From Lama glama (taxonomy: Eukaryota): DNA of 64,000 nucleotides. The notes below the pieces were generated by a model. It did no database searches. It had not been told where the DNA came from and was given only the letters and a program-made list of their open reading frames with translations. The stretch spans positions 24,988,001-25,052,000 of the forward strand of contig CM052817.1 in the NCBI GenBank assembly GCA_028534125.1. The letters run 5' to 3'. The stretch's first letter is position 1; every line of letters starts with the position of its first letter. Positions 63,270-64,000 of the stretch are shown one piece after another. The position numbers and the translations under genes were made by a program.

Positions 63270-63449
63270 CAGGGGTGTGCTGGCAAATACTTACCAACCA
63301 GCTCAACCCCTCAAAAGAAGCTGATGCCAATTTTTGCAGATTTCCATGGTGTAAATACTCTCACTTTGGCTGAACTGAAGCTACCAATATGATGTGGAGT
63401 TGAGCAGAGATGTGAACAGGCCAGTAGGAGCCAGTTTCAGCAGCCACTT
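63270..63449. mobile_element. MER63-like hAT MITE
   Basis: caggggtgtgctggcaaata...gatttccatggtgtaaatactctcac...aagctaccaatatgatgt...cagcagccactt resembles the recalled MER63A consensus. Confidence 0.7.
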
Positions 63450-64000
63450 GACTCAGCCAAGTGTTTCTGAAAAGTAACCTGCGTCTAGGGAAGCTCTGCC
63501 TTCCTCCTCCCCGGCTCCCCAGCCCCACATCACTCAGTGGTGACCCGCGGATCCTTCCTGAGCCCCTGGTGCATCCGGGCACTCTAGCAAGCACGTATTC
63601 TAGTGTGGGAGACAGACACTGAACAATTGATCACCAAACTATTTAATTAAAATTGTGAAGAGTCATACAAAGGGGATTTTTCCTTCAGTCCGAAATTCTG
63701 CTCAGAGCTAAATGCAGCCATAGAAGATCGAGAGGTCTGTGCTCTCAGTCAGGAAGGAGCCTTGGAGTTCCTGTGGTTGTAGGATTACTCTTCCTTCTGC
63801 AAATGAGGAAATCAAGATCCAGGGAGTTTCAGGATTACAATCATTGCTCATTTGCCAGCACCATTCCCTGCAGAAATCTCCAGGGTCTTTGTGAAAGAAG
63901 CAAAGGAAAGAGACTTGTTAGTCAGCTGTAGAGCGCCACTGCAGACTGAACACCTTGCGGGTGGGCCCGTTTGTGAGCAGTGAGGTGCACGGGGCTGATC

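Larger units (their letters stand above)
1..64000 (+). other. TBC1D1: Internal portion of the TBC1D1 gene; 5' and 3' ends lie outside the window
   Basis: Ten exons splice in phase into one ORF recognisable as TBC1D1 ([51 protein letters not shown]). Confidence 0.97.

Noticed and set aside
1..64000. A novel multi-gene, CRISPR-like or other prokaryote-type system
   Set aside because: The sequence is mammalian intron/exon DNA. I found no repeat-spacer array, operon structure or long unexplained ORF.
58650..64000. Next TBC1D1 exon (GRTFPTHPYF...)
   Set aside because: Not found by eye or in the ORF track; it presumably lies beyond the window.

Overview
Mammalian genomic DNA, probably a camelid judging by two Vic-1-like tRNA-derived SINEs. 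The whole window lies inside the + strand gene TBC1D1, a Rab-GAP and paralogue of TBC1D4/AS160. Ten coding exons can be read with GT-AG boundaries and compatible phases. Eight are constitutive, covering about K435-G853 of the human protein (numbering recalled, not aligned). Two are tandem phase-2 cassette exons (15167-15328, 16125-16244) matching the muscle-type long isoform, each with an AMPK-type motif. The rest is intron, including a 33-kb intron (17355-50355), filled with L1, MIR, MaLR LTR and hAT/Tigger fossils. I see no prokaryote-type system, RNA gene or second protein-coding gene, and the many short ORFs in the track are noise. The best leads concern splicing. A cluster of candidate cryptic exons sits at the 5' end of the long intron: a poly-Lys cassette whose frame depends on an A15 run, a candidate GAP-less terminal exon, a GC-rich exon with a CTCF-like motif, and a possible recursive splice site. 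Other leads are a competing in-frame donor in exon 8, an R-to-K change beside a phosphosite, and internal similarity between the two cassette exons. All leads are hypotheses from sequence alone.
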